Shown: positions 51,208-63,960, counted from the stretch's first letter. The stretch is DNA of 64,000 nt from Camelus ferus (GCF_009834535.1 NC_045712.1:1674001-1738000); one strand, 5' to 3'. Notes: generated from the letters alone by a model not told the origin. A program made the numbers and translations.

Positions 51208-51427
51208 NNNNNNNNNNNNNNNNNNNNNNNNNNNNNNNNNNNNNNNNNNNNNNNNNNNNNNNNNNNNNNNNNNNNNNNNNNNNNNNNNNNNNNNNNNNNN
51301 NNNNNNNNNNNNNNNNNNNNNNNNNNNNNNNNNNNNNNNNNNNNNNNNNNNNNNNNNNNNNNNNNNNNNNNNNNNNNNNNNNNNNNNNNNNNNNNNNNNN
51401 NNNNNNNNNNNNNNNNNNNNNNNNNNN
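51208..51427. other. Assembly gap (220 N)
   Basis: N run. Confidence 0.99.
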
Positions 51428-51578
51428 GACCTTGTTTTTTTCTGAAACATTTTCCTGGGCCTGCGGGTTGAGGACTTTCAGCCAGTTAGGGATCGTCTTA
51501 AAGTTTAAAGAGCAGGATATAGAGTTCCTCGTGAAGGGGACTCAGGAGGATCGGCCAGGTTCCAAACCCTCAGGATCA

Positions 51579-51708
51579 NNNNNNNNNNNNNNNNNNNNNN
51601 NNNNNNNNNNNNNNNNNNNNNNNNNNNNNNNNNNNNNNNNNNNNNNNNNNNNNNNNNNNNNNNNNNNNNNNNNNNNNNNNNNNNNNNNNNNNNNNNNNNN
51701 NNNNNNNN
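51579..51708. other. Assembly gap (130 N)
   Basis: N run; leaves a 151-bp sequence island between two gaps. Confidence 0.99.
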
Positions 51709-54700
51709 AACCTTAAGGAATCTTGTGGTTTTCTCACCGGACATCTGATGCTGCTGAGAGTAATATTAACACCCAAGAGCAAAGAACCATTTGAACCAAA
51801 TCTGGCTGCTTGGGTTTTTCTCAAGGAGGTCGGAGCATTTGAAATACATACTTTTGAAGCTGACTGGTGGTTTCTAAACACCCCCAGGCATACTCAGTTG
51901 TCTATTTCTTTCTCAACAGGCAAGACAGTACGAGTCCAGTGGATGGCAAGACCTCCTCCTTAGAGAGGCCGACAGAAGTGAGAACTGCAGAGGGAAACAC
52001 GGATGGAGCGCCCTGTCATGCAGCGCGACCTGGCCAGACCCCTCAGCGCTCCCGGGCCTTCTGGACAGGCCCTTGCTCTGGCGTCGTCTCCAGGAGGTGG
52101 CTGTAAAGGAGTCTGCTTATAGGACACGTTGCTAAGCCTCATTACTCTGATATCCTGTCTCATCTACTGATGCCACAAAACGCCTTTTAAAAGCTGTTAC
52201 CATGGGAACTTTCCCCTCTCCAGTATTTTTCAAGAAATGTCACAGGTGCTGGAGAATTCCACGCCCTTGGTCTCAGTAAGTTTTTTCTGAGTCTTTGAAC
52301 ATGCAGCTTCAACCGAGAGGATTTTCAAACATATGATGCAAGGGTTTCAGAGGCAAATATCCTCAAGGCACGGGGTTAATCACACGGGATGGGTGGGGGA
52401 GGCTATGACAGCCTGAGGGTGTGATCACCCGAGGCCCCACGAGGCACACAGATTCTATAGTACAGAGCTTTCAGTGCATCTTATCAGCTACATAGAAGAC
52501 CCCACGGGGCTATCAGCAGCTCAGAGGGTGACCCCAGCAAGGGTTACTGTGGCATCCCTACCATGGGGTTTCCTTCCTTATCAGAACTGGCAAGTGGTCC
52601 ACCACACGGTAATGCATCAATGCAGGCAGGACCAGTCATCACCCCCCATGGAACCCCTGGTCCTGGGTCAGCCATGGAAGCACATCAACCCGTCTCTCAA
52701 CTGAGCCCCATCAGCCTGGGCCTGCTCCTCCTCTAAATTCCTAGGAGGACAACGGGCTCAACCTTTGACAGTATAAACAGTGTGGATCTGGTAGGAACCG
52801 ATGCATCTTCGTGTCCCGAGGTAGCGATGTTGCCAGGTGACAAATGTAGAAACACGCTCAGAAAACTGTACGTGACAATATAGAACCTCCGCTCTGCAGC
52901 TGATAACCGAGGGAGTGTTAAAACACCATGTTCTCTTAACACTTGGGTTTTGGGTGTGAACATAAAATTAAACGGGATGTTTCCTCTTGTAAATATAAGA
53001 CAGGCATACACGTCACACATGCAACCACTAATTGGAAATCGTACAGGGGTTTGCAACAGCTATCTGCACGGCACCCTAGCTTTCCCTCCCCTACCCCTCT
53101 GCTCCCCCAACATGGATCACAGAAAACGCAGAGAAACAGAGCTGAGCAACAGCCTCCCATCCATCAGGGCCAAGTTCACCCCTGACCAGAGAAAGCTTCT
53201 CATGCAAAGGACAGCAGTGAGAACTAAAGACGCACTCATACATTATTATAAAACTGAGCATGCTTCCATTGTGTGGTTCCTAAGTCGACTTTTAGAATTC
53301 ACTGCATAACCAAGCAGTGAGTACTTGCTTCTCAGATCAAATGACCAGGGCTGCCCACTCACTCCCAACAATAACAAGACAGATACTTCTGGAGGAGGTA
53401 CAGCACCTCACATCGGTGGATGTGGAGCCCCGAGCTGCTCCCTGCTCTGGACCCAAGAGACTTCAAGGTTGTCCAGCATGGGACAAAGTCGAGAGACTTT
53501 TAGGGGAAAGAGATCTGGGTTCAAATCTCATCTCTGCTAACCAGTGACTTCAGGCAAGACCTCCCTGATCTTTTGAGACTCAGTTTCCCTATCTGTCATT
53601 GGGGCTGTCTCCCCTAGTCCAGATAAGGTGCCCAGCAGCACCAGGCCCTGTGTCTGCCCCACAACGGGCACTTTATAAAGGCACAAAGTCCTGGCCTCTT
53701 CCTTCCACAAAACATACATACTCTGCAACCTGCCAAAGACTCAAATATGGGGAGAATCCGGTGCACTGAGCTTCTCCATGCAAAACGGACAAAAGCGGAG
53801 ATCTAACAAGCTTCGCATTATATACCAAAGTACATATACTTCTTTAGATGCAAGTGAAAACCAAAAATTGTGAATAATATAATCCAACTTTTCTTAAGAG
53901 CCCTAATTAAATGATTTGCTCTCTGTCTCCATTGAGAGAAAGTTATGCAAGAGAGTTTCCTTGCCATGAACTTTCATAGACCTGAGCTCCTGGAACCCGC
54001 TAGAGGTGAAGCGACATGTACAGCACATATAATTTTTACTTGACAAATGCCCAGCCCGAAAGGTAAAGTCTTTCACAGTTCCATCCTCCGTCCTTCATCA
54101 GCCGGTGATAGAACCAAAGCAAAGACACCAGGCGCACAAGCCACCTGGGATTTCTCTGGATGGCAGACAGCCCTGCACAATGAGCCCACTGACTGAAGAG
54201 GAACAAAGTGAAGCCACAGATTCTCAAGTGCCCAGCCAACAGAAGCCAGGCCCTCGAAGAGGGTGCACTGCCCATTTCCTCGGTCCCCAGGGAGGGGCCT
54301 GTGCCAGGGGGACTAGGGGCAGCTTCTTACACAGGAGGCAGCACTGCAGAGAGGCTGAGAACCCAGGCTCTGCAGGAAACAAACCCTGGCACAAGTGCCA
54401 GCTAGCTGTGTGACCCTAAGCAAGTAACTTGACCTCTCAGATCCTCTACTTCCCACTGAGCAAAAAGGGGTGCAGGCACTACCTGCCCACCAGGACCAGC
54501 ACGAAGAGTGAGTGAGATCACGCAGAGAAGGCACACAGCCTTGCTCCTCGCAGGCGAGCGTTCTGATTTCGGTTATTATTACCACCAGCTATAGTGACCG
54601 TGAAGAAGAAAAGAAGACGGAAGTCGCCACCAAGTATCTCTGGCATCAAAAGACTTCTCCCAACTGACATTACAGATTTCCCTTGTGCTCAGATAAACGG

Positions 54701-56687
54701 AACTCTTTCCTGCTCCTAAAGAAGGTGTCCCTTTAAAAAGGAGGTGGCTGTTAACCACACATTTTCATGTTTCACATCCTCAGGTTTCTGTTCACAAAAG
54801 GGTAAGAAGGCTGACATAACGTGGTGGCCACACAGGGTCCAGACTTCCATGCATTCCGGGAACACTGACTGAGCACCCACTGCGGTCCAGGCGCTGGGGT
54901 AAGACAGAGCCCTGACCTGGGAAGAGCCTACACTGTCGGGTGGGTGGAGGGGGAGGAGAGGAAGACACACCAACGAAAGTAACCATGAGCCATGATGGCA
55001 CGGAGTATCAGGCACCATCCCAAGCTGAGTGCTTTCCATGCACTGTCGCACTCGAGAGCAGGAGTCCCTGCCCTGCTCGTTACGCACAGGCCAACCTCCC
55101 ATCAGCTGACCCAGGCAGAGGTCTCTCTGCAGGGCTCTGGGGGGAAGGCGGACTTCATCTCTGCCCCCTCGGGTCTTACAGCGAGCCTCCACTGAAAGCG
55201 GGGTGATTGTGACAGTCAATGAACCACCCAGAGAGATCGCCTCTGCCTCAGGGGATCCAGAGGAGGTTTCGAGCAGGCAGCATTTCCAACAGGGCTCAGG
55301 GAACGTGCCAGGAAAAGGGCAAGCGGGCACGTCCCACACGGAGCAGAGGCATCTGAGTACACGGCCAGGGACGGGCCCACGGCAGGTGCAGCCGCAGGAC
55401 AATGAGCGCGGGTGTGAGGGTGGAACCAGGCGGCGCCAGCGGATTTCATCAGTGCGGCTATGGATTCTGCCTTCTTTGGAAGGCTGTGAGGACAGGGACC
55501 ACGGTGGTCCGGCCTCTGCATGGGGGGTGCCGCTGACAGCAGTATGGGAGGGCGGGGAGGCCTGGAAGAGCCCATCTCAGGAGGAAAGATCAGGCTCAGA
55601 ACTCAGTCGGCCCCAGGCTGGCAGGAGGTGTAGGGTGCTGGTCAGGGGCAGGAGGTCTGGAGCCAGAGCACCTCGTTTCCAATCCCAGTGCCGCCAGCCC
55701 CAGTGGGGCCACTTTGGGCATGTCACTTAGCCTCGAGGTAACAAGTGTTTGGCTCATTACAAGTCCTAACTAAGTACCAGCTATGAAGAGCTGGGAGGCG
55801 GAGCAGGCGCAGCAGGAGTTCCTGACAAAACTCAAGATGGAGGAGACCGAGGACCTCAAGGTTTCTAGCTCAGAGACTGGAGGGGTGGGGGTGGGGGTCC
55901 ACCGACCAAGACGCAGACCTCAGAAAGGCAGATGGGGTGGAGGACAGGGGGCGGCAGGCATGCTTGGGGGTCATGTAAACTTACAGTTAACACTGAAGTA
56001 GGTGGAGATGCCCAGCAGGGATTGGCAGAGAGATCTGGGAATCAGCAGAGAGCTGGGGCCAGGAGCTGTACCTTTGGGCAGTGCTGGCAGAAATGATAGC
56101 TAGAAGCCTCGGGGAATGGGTGAAATCACCCAGGGAGTTTGGAGAAAAAGAAGGTAACCGGGCTGGAGACCTGGCGTCAGAGCTTCAGCTCTTTGAAGGT
56201 TACCTGTATGTGCCCCAGAGAGACCTCGTGTTCATCGCTAGGGAAAACCTCTGTGGGAAGCTCAACAAGGGAACGGCATTAGGCCACAGCGAAGTGACTA
56301 ACCTAAAATGTGGCGCTCTGGGGAAGGACGGTCAGAGAGGGCTTCCGGATGAGAACTCCAGACTCTGAGCCACACACACAGATCCCTGTGGGGACGCGCC
56401 CCCGAGACTCCCCGTCAAACCTGTGCTGAAAGGCGGGAAACAGACAGCGAAGGAAGAGGGGCGATCAGCCCCCGACCAGAAAAGGAAAGAGAACGCAGAG
56501 GCCTCTCCTTCCCTGAATTCCCGTTCATCAGCTGAGTAAGGGGCCAAACCTCCTGCGTCTTAGGATATTAGTCATCTGGTGGATATTTACCTCAAATCTA
56601 ACATCACCCTACCAGGGGGTAAAGAACACAGAGCAAGGGGGTTACGACAGGGTTCTTTTCCTATCTAGACAGCAAAGACTCAACAAA

Positions 56688-56908
56688 CACGGGCTGGCAA
56701 AGGTTTTCTGTCACAGGCCAAGCGGAAAATACTCTAGGATTTGCCGTACATTCAGTCTGTGTGCAACTTCTCAGCTCTGCCTGGGCAACACGAGAGCAGC
56801 CAGAGGCAGCGCCACAGGAACAGGATGGCTGTGTTCCAATAAAACTTTATTTACAAAAGCAGGCAGCCGGCAGGATTCAACCCTCCGGCCATAGTTCTCC
56901 AGCCTCTG
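56688..56908 (+). mobile_element. MER58A (hAT-Charlie)
   Basis: cacgggctggcaaa...ggctgtgttccaataaaactttatttacaaaagcaggcagccggcaggatt...atagttctccagcctctg. Confidence 0.88.
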
Positions 56909-57759
56909 GACCAATGTACCATCAGCCAACAGAGGAGGGTTTGGTGTCAGCTGGGGAGTTTGTTAAGAGGCCCTCCATCCTCACAAGCCACTAAGGAAAG
57001 TTACGAAGAACAGAGACCTCTTGCTGGAGCTGAGGGAAGAGAAGGAAAGAAGGAAGACTTAGACCTGCTGTGGATTTAATAGGATACAATGAAACGGTGG
57101 CTCGATTGACAGCTATTTCCAAGTCTTCTCTGACTTTTTTTCTGCCCCCAACTCAAGTTTTGGAGATTGTGGAAAACCCGAGGCTTCCGCTGAAGACGTC
57201 TCTTAGAAACTAATTCCTGCCTGTGGGTTTTGTAGGATGGAAGGTGATTAACACTTTCCTGCCAAAGATCTCCCCTCAACTCCCTAACTGCTGCCCTCCT
57301 AGGGAAGGCCGGAAGAACAGGTATACGGAATTCCCACTCCTCCCTGAACTGCTGGCTCTGCTACTTGGGGAAGAAGAAAAGTAACACTGGGTCTCCCGTT
57401 TCTCTAAAAGCACAAGCCAGGATGCGCGTCTTCCCCTAAGACCACGTGGACAGGTTGGTGCTTCTGGAACCCAAGTGAGAAGGAACGTGCTGACCATCTT
57501 TGCAGTAACGTCCTGCCCTGAAATGCAGAACCCAGTGCCAGTGGGTCCACGCACCATCCGGTGCCCGCACCACAAAGAGAGCCGTGGGAGTTCATCCAAG
57601 TCCTGTGTTCGCAAGCATGGGAACTACTTTTGGATCTTGAGTTTTCACTTCAAAACCTGGATCTACACCAATAATCCTAAAAGACTCCTGTTCAGTGACA
57701 TGCCAGTTGTCTGGGAGTGGAGAGGAAGAGCATTTGTCAAAGGATGACTTGGGCCCCCA

Positions 57760-57834
<75 letters not shown>
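57760..57834. repeat. Perfect (AAT)25 microsatellite
   Basis: 75 uninterrupted bases of AAT. Confidence 0.98.
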
Positions 57835-57837
<3 letters not shown>

Positions 57838-60504
57838 GAGAAGGAAAAAAATGTCCTGGCTCAGGGAGCAGTGAACTGGATTGCCTGCTGCTCTTTGCTT
57901 CACCCAGAACGCCTGTCGGTTTAAGTAGCTGGTACCCAAAGCAATGAAGTCTCCCAACCTCCTGGACCCCTAAAATCACTTCAAATACACAAGCAGTCAG
58001 AGGGACTTAGGTGAACTGTGTGTGAAAACGTAAAACTGCAGACTGGATCATAAACCACTACACAGAAGCAAAGTATCAGAAGGAAGATTTTTGACAGAAA
58101 ACAAACTGAATAAAACAAAGCCTGTTTTTAAATAATAAAAATTGTATTAATACACATAATTGCCACCTCATTTTGAGATCTTGCAGATCTCACATCCGCA
58201 CTCCAGCACTGAGCGAGGCACTTTCTGTGAGTCACCCGGTCCGCCCATCCCAGGAGCCCCGGGGGTATGACACTGAGCCGCTCTCCGGGCTGGAGCCGGG
58301 CTAGGCGGTCAACAACCTGCCCCGAGCCCTGAGATGGGCTGCTGTGAGGCAGGGGGAAGGGGCCTCCCTCACTCTCCCAAACCAAACCCGCCCCACGGCC
58401 GCGGCCCCATCCCTGCAGCTCTGCTGGGCTGTGCGCCCCACCTTGACCTTACTGGTCAGTCCTCTCAACAACTGAGTAAGGAAGGGACTCAGTCCTTCTA
58501 ACTCTCGTTTCAAAGATGAGCCAACTGAGTTTCTGAGCATCCTGAGTAAGTCCAAGGTCACCCCGCTAGTGGGGGCAGGGCTAGAATCCAGCCCAGGTGT
58601 TTCCACTCTGGAGGCCAAGTTCCTTCCCCGGCTCCACCTTCCCTCCTGGGCAGTGTCCCCCCAAGTCCCTGACCCCGCGCCACCCACTCTCCAGGGAGGA
58701 CCGACGGGCAGCCCTCCCGGAACCACGCCAGTGGCTTCACCGTCCGGACCCTTCTGGGCCGGGCCACCTGCCTCCCTCTTATTTTCATGCCATCAGCTCC
58801 CACACCCCCAGGCAGGGGAGAAAGCAGTCTTCTCCACTGCTGGCCATGCTCTTCTCCCACATGGATAAATCCCGAGGTCAGAAAACACCGCTCAGAAGTG
58901 ACTCATTTCTGACCTTGCTGCCAAACACAACACCCTTTTACGTAACTCGCTCTCACACCCATCTCCTCCTCCTCCTCCAGGCGGCTGCCCTGTCAAACCA
59001 AGGCTGACCTTCCTCACCAGCTGGCCGTCCGTGCCAACTACCCTTTCTGCCCCCCATCTCTGCTCGCTGAGCTCAGAGGTGGCCTCCAGCAAGCTCCCCC
59101 TCAGGGCCTTCTTGGTGACTTCTTCTGGAAGGGCTGGGAGACTTCATATCGAATGTTGGCTCGTGGGCTGATGTCTTAAGCCAACCTCAAAAAATAAGTG
59201 TGTGGTGAGGGAAAGGCCCTTGGACGAGGGATCTCTCTCTCTCAGCTGAATCTGCAAGCCAGCTTCCTGACAGAGCACTTCTCACATTTTCCAACTCTCG
59301 CTGTGTACGTGCCGAAAAGAAAATCCTTTTTGGGTGTGTCTGTAGGCTTGACTTGGCATAGGGAGAGCTGTGGGCTGCCTTTCGATACATACAATTCACT
59401 GTGCTGCTGCAACCGGAAGCAATTAATCCAAAAATTTTTTTTTGTATCTGTCTCCTTCCTTTGCTGTGAGGTTCCCTAGGATCATGTCAGCACATATACC
59501 CCCAAACACCTGTGTGTGCTTAAAAAAAACCCCGAACACGAAGTATGTTCAGAGATACACCCTCCTCCTCTTCTCCAGGTGAGAAGGGCCTGTGGCCTCC
59601 CGCAGGGAAGAGGAAGCGAGGGAACTTCCCCCGGGCGCTGGTGGGAACATCTCAGGAGGAAGGAACAGAGAAGTTGGCAAGGACTCGGAGGACGGATATG
59701 CAAGTGCCATGAGACTGGCTGAGCCTGGCGTGTGCCAAAAATTAATTCATAAGCAAATGCTTATTTTATAGTTTCCCACTGGCTACAAAACATCAAGCAG
59801 AATGGAAAGATTTCTTCTGGGGGCTGGCAGGAAGTGGGTGGCATTGGAGAGTGCAGAAAGAAAGCAGGGTTACTCTTCAGGAGATGCCTGATCCCACCGC
59901 TCGACAAAGCCACCCATCCCTGGGGGGCCCCAAGGCACCGGTGTGGTCTTGTTGCTCCCGGAAGCAGAGGGTTTGCCATGAAGCCTGAGCCGCTCCGATG
60001 GCACCCGGGTAGAAGTTTGGGAGGCAGTATCTATCCTCAGATGTTACCAGCATCAGAGAAGCCAGGGCAGGGACAGAAGATACTGGAAGACGTGGGGACA
60101 TGTTCCCTAGGAGTCCATTATGCCAGGCCAGGAAATATCCTAAATTGGGCTTCAAGGCTTACGTGATGAAACGACAGATTGTAAAGTTTCAGAAAAAAGG
60201 AGCAAATTCTCTGCATGAGGGTTCCTAGCAAGCACATAGGTCCTTACTTTAGGATTCCCATAAATTGAATCTTCTGAGGTCTAGACCATGAAGTTTAGAA
60301 CTTCTGAAGAGCCATGGTCCCCAGTGACCTTATCCTCTGGACAGGGGGCGGGTTTTCACACACCCTCAAAAGGGTAAGGACATGAGTCGACACTTCTGCC
60401 CAGAAGGGACTGAGCTTCCAGGGCAGAGACAGTGGTGCCACCAGTTGGGCGCAGCTGTAACACCCAACTCAGGGGCTCAGCTGACCCATGGTAGGTCTCA
60501 ATCC

Positions 60505-61078
60505 ACTGTCACAGTCGCCCGTGGGGGAGCCAGTCCCCCCAGGTGGCCCCACAACTCCCTCTCCTTTGTGCACATGCCCACCTCAAAGCAAGAGGTAGAC
60601 GCTTCTCCCCTCCCCCTGAAACTGGGCTCACAACGGGCTCTGACCGACAGAATGTGGCATCGGTGTTGTACTAAGGATTCCAAGCCCAGGTCCTGAAACA
60701 CCTGGTGGCTTCCATGTCCCACTCCTCAAACACGACTTTTGAGCATGCAGCCACCGTCCTCTAAGCAGCCCACACCGCACAGAGAGGCCGCATGGAGGAG
60801 AACCAAGGTGATAGCCACTGCTCAGCTCCCAGATGAGGGCCAGCACCAGTGCCACGGCCACGCAAGCGGTCGTCTTGGGCGTCCCAGCCCCATCAAGCCC
60901 CTGATGACTGCAGCCCCAGCCGGGACCACACAGAGCAGAACCGCCCAGCTGAGCCCAAGCCCACAGAAACAGGACAGGGATCAGAATGGCCATGGCTTTA
61001 ATCAAGCCATTAAGTTTTGAGGTTATCAACACAATAGCTCAACAGTAAGATATTATCAACTCAACAGTAAGATAACTA
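60505..61078 (+). mobile_element. MLT1-family (ERVL-MaLR) solo LTR; subfamily and boundaries approximate
   Basis: cccctgaaactgggct...gacagaatgtggca...cccagctgagccca...aagccattaagttttgagg resembles MLT1H/I/J LTRs. Confidence 0.7.
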
Positions 61079-61489
61079 AGGCCGGGGGCAGGAGAGGAGG
61101 GGACAGGAGGCACGTGATACCCAGCTCGGGCTTTGTCCCACCGCTCGCTGGCCTCCTGTTCCCTCACCTCTGTGACGGGGAGAACGCACGCGCAGCACAC
61201 CTCACAGCCCCACCTGGAGACTCAGACGGGACAGCTGGAGGGAAAGTGCTTCGTAACCAGAAGCCAACAGCAACCGGATGCGAGTGCCACTCGCCTTCTC
61301 CACTGAGCGCTGCAGCCATGGGCCCATCCCTGGCCCACGCATGCCTCTGTCCTGGGAGATGACAAGGACTTCACTTGTAAAAACGAGAAAGTCGTCTTCC
61401 TTTATCAAGCACCTGCCTTCCTCCTCCGATCTTCAGCATCATCCTCAGCAATGAAGCTGTTGCAGGCAAGGAGGAGTCTGGGGAGCCAA

Positions 61490-61690
61490 GCCACGTGGCC
61501 CTGCTACTTACTGCTGGTGTGATGTGGGGCAAGTTCCTTAACTATTTGGGGCTTTCGCTTCCTTACCTATAGAGGGGTAAGCGTGGCACCTGCCTGCTAG
61601 GGAGACTGTGAGGACTAAATGAGATGATACAAGGGGAGCACTGACACGCAGTTCCCGGTCCACAGTAGGCACTTAATAAACGCTGGTCAT
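61490..61690. mobile_element. MIR fragment. Further short MIR relics near 2700, 3680, 5830, 14650, 16030, 19320, 42850, 45550, 53570, 54420, 55700 and 58200
   Basis: gtgatgtggggcaagttccttaac...cttccttacctatagagggg...gtgaggactaaatgagatgata...agtaggcacttaataaac. Confidence 0.7.
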
Positions 61691-61714
61691 CATCAACATC
61701 ACATGGCTTTTCAC

Positions 61715-62094
61715 TTAATGAGCATACAGTGGAACTGACTCTTTTGGTGTGCAGTTCTACAAATTCTCACACACGTAGAGATTTGTATGCCCAAAGCAAG
61801 ACACTCAACAGTGGCATCACCCAAAAAAGTCCTCTGTGCTGTTCTCTTACAGTCAGATTCTCCCCTCACCCTCATGGTGGCAAACGCTGCTCTGTTCTCC
61901 ATCACTACAGCCTGGTCCTTTGGAGAATGTCATACAAATAGAACCATACAGGGTGTCACCCTCTGAGACTGGCTTCTTTCACTCAGCATAATGCTTTGAG
62001 GGGCCCCATGTTATCATGTTTATCAGTAGTTCATTCCTTTTTATCACAGAGTAGTGTTCATGCTGTATGGATGTACCACAGTCTGTCCATCACC
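61715..62094 (-). mobile_element. Old L1M 3' fragment; boundaries approximate
   Basis: ggagaatgtcatacaaatagaaccatacag...ggcttctttcactcagcataatg...gtagttcattcctttttat. Confidence 0.75.
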
Positions 62095-62255
62095 TTTTTT
62101 TTTCTAATTGAAGTATAGTTGATTTACAATGTGTTAATCTCTGGTGCACAGCATAGTAATTCATTTATATGTACATATTTTTCCTTTCCATATTCTTTGT
62201 CATTATAGGCTACTGCAAGGTACTGAAGATAGTTCCCTGTGCTGTACAGTAGGCA
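62095..62255 (-). mobile_element. Younger L1 3' end with poly(T), adjoining the older L1
   Basis: T-run then aattgaagtatagttgatttacaatgtgtt...agttccctgtgctgtacagtagg; flanked by atcacc at 62089-62094 and 62256-62261. Confidence 0.8.
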
Positions 62256-63718
62256 ATCACCATATTTAAAATTATTGTCACAAGCCAGGGAGAAAAGACC
62301 TCAGAAATGGAGTCGGCTAGCCATACCTATTAGATTCTAAGATTTTCTGGGAAAACAAAGAATATTGCTAGAAAGTCCTGATTCAAAGCGTCAAAGAACT
62401 CAGGAGTCCACGTGTATGTGTGTCTTATGCCTGACGACACAGGGACAGAAACCCAGCGGTGACTTTCCTAATCCCACACCAAAGTGGGCTGGAAAGCGGG
62501 TGTCAGTCCCCTTCTCCTCTGCAGGAAGCAGGCCCCACACCCTGGGGGAGGTGTTTGTGAGCACAAGGGCCCTTCTGCAGCCCTCTCCTCGGACAGGCAG
62601 CCCAGTTCTGGAACCACGCAGCCCTGCACTCCCCAGCGACCTCCCTTCCCACCTGTCACTGGGAAACAGGAATCCAGGGGCGCCCACCTAGACCGCCCTC
62701 CCTCCCTGGGCAGGTGACATAAGACGATGAACAGGAAGCAAGAGTGGGCAGTGAGCCCTGGCTGGGACGGGACTTCAGCCATCAGTAACCGCCACCACTG
62801 CGGTCAGAACCCATCTCGCACTAACCCCCCAGCTGCTCATTTACTACTCTGAACCGGCTTCTCTAAGGCAAGACGAAACTGAGTCACTCCCTCTGGGGCT
62901 TCAGGGTGTCTGTCCTTAACTGGCCTGAAACAACCTGAATTCCTCATCATTTTCTCCAGAGAAAGAGACGCTCAGGGCCAAGGGGATCTCACAAGTCAAC
63001 TCCAGGCTACAATTAATCTTCCTGGAACCACAAATCTCTAATGAGGCAGCGGGTGAGATGCTCCCAGCAGTCCCTGAGATCACAGGAGGAGAGAGGGGAG
63101 AGATGGGGGAAGCAAGCCAGCACTCAGGGCGGTGCGTCCCATCCTGGCGGGGGGCCCACAGGCCACCACACCCAGACCCACCCACCCACGAGCACATGGG
63201 CTCCTCCGACAGAAAACAGCCCTGCTCTGGGAGGCTCAATGGCTAAAACTCCGTCATGGCATTTCCTCTGCAGCCTGAGCATATGAGTAATGAATGTGTG
63301 AAAACACGAAACTAATATTCATCATTACTTTACAAGATAAAGAACTTGAAGGAAAAACAGCTTCTGTGTGCCTTGCCATCACCATCAGGGGTACGCTGTG
63401 AAAAACACGGCATCCTGCCAGAATCTCTGACTTCATCTTGCCAGCCAGGCTCGGCGCCGGCGGCCCTCAGCCCCCTCGAGCCCTCTCTACGCTTCACGCT
63501 TCCTTAATTAACGGTGTCTTCTTGTGTCTAGTCATCCAGACTCTTTAAAGCCTCGAGAGCCAACTGGGGCTCCAGCATCCAATCAGGTGACACTATGGCC
63601 AATGTGTATTAACTATAAATGGGTCTAAGGCACCAGCCTTGAGTGGGGGGTGGAGGTTGGAGAGACTCCATTCATGACATCCTGCTGTAATCAGGTTCAG
63701 GATAGCTTTACTCCCCAT

Positions 63719-63721
<3 letters not shown>

Positions 63722-63749
<28 letters not shown>

Positions 63750-63960
63750 ATTGAGGTGTAACTCAGATAGAGTAAAGCACACCAATTTTAACTGTATGGC
63801 TCACAGAGTTTGCAACAGATTTATGCCCATGTAACCACCACCTAGACCAAGATGTAGCACCAAACCCCCAAAAGGCTCCCTTCTGCCCCTCCTAGAAAGT
63901 AACCTCCCCCACCAGATGACTAATCCTATCATACACTCATTTTGAATTCAGGCTTTCATT
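63722..63960 (-). mobile_element. L1 3' end, antisense; boundaries approximate
   Basis: T-rich tail then ttattgaggtgtaactcag...cccatgtaaccaccacctagaccaagatgtagcac. Confidence 0.7.

Larger units (their letters stand above)
49300..52200 (+). ncRNA. Possible antisense intronic lncRNA locus, candidate ortholog of human EGOT; boundaries approximate
   Basis: Position in the long intron upstream of exon A agrees with my recollection of where EGOT lies in human ITPR1. Plus-strand acceptor at 50560-50583, candidate donors at 49631 and 49714, kappaB site at 50140-50150. I could not confirm sequence identity. Confidence 0.3.

Noticed and set aside
51093-51881. ORFs containing X runs (also 30310..30546)
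   Set aside because: Open only because they cross N gaps.
54716-55402. 228-aa minus-strand ORF and 175-aa ORF 55203..55730
   Set aside because: GC-rich intron, random-looking composition rich in Pro, Ser, Gly, Cys and Arg, no similarity to any family I recognise.
57592-57979. ORFs with poly-Ile or poly-Tyr runs
   Set aside because: Translations of the (AAT)25 microsatellite.
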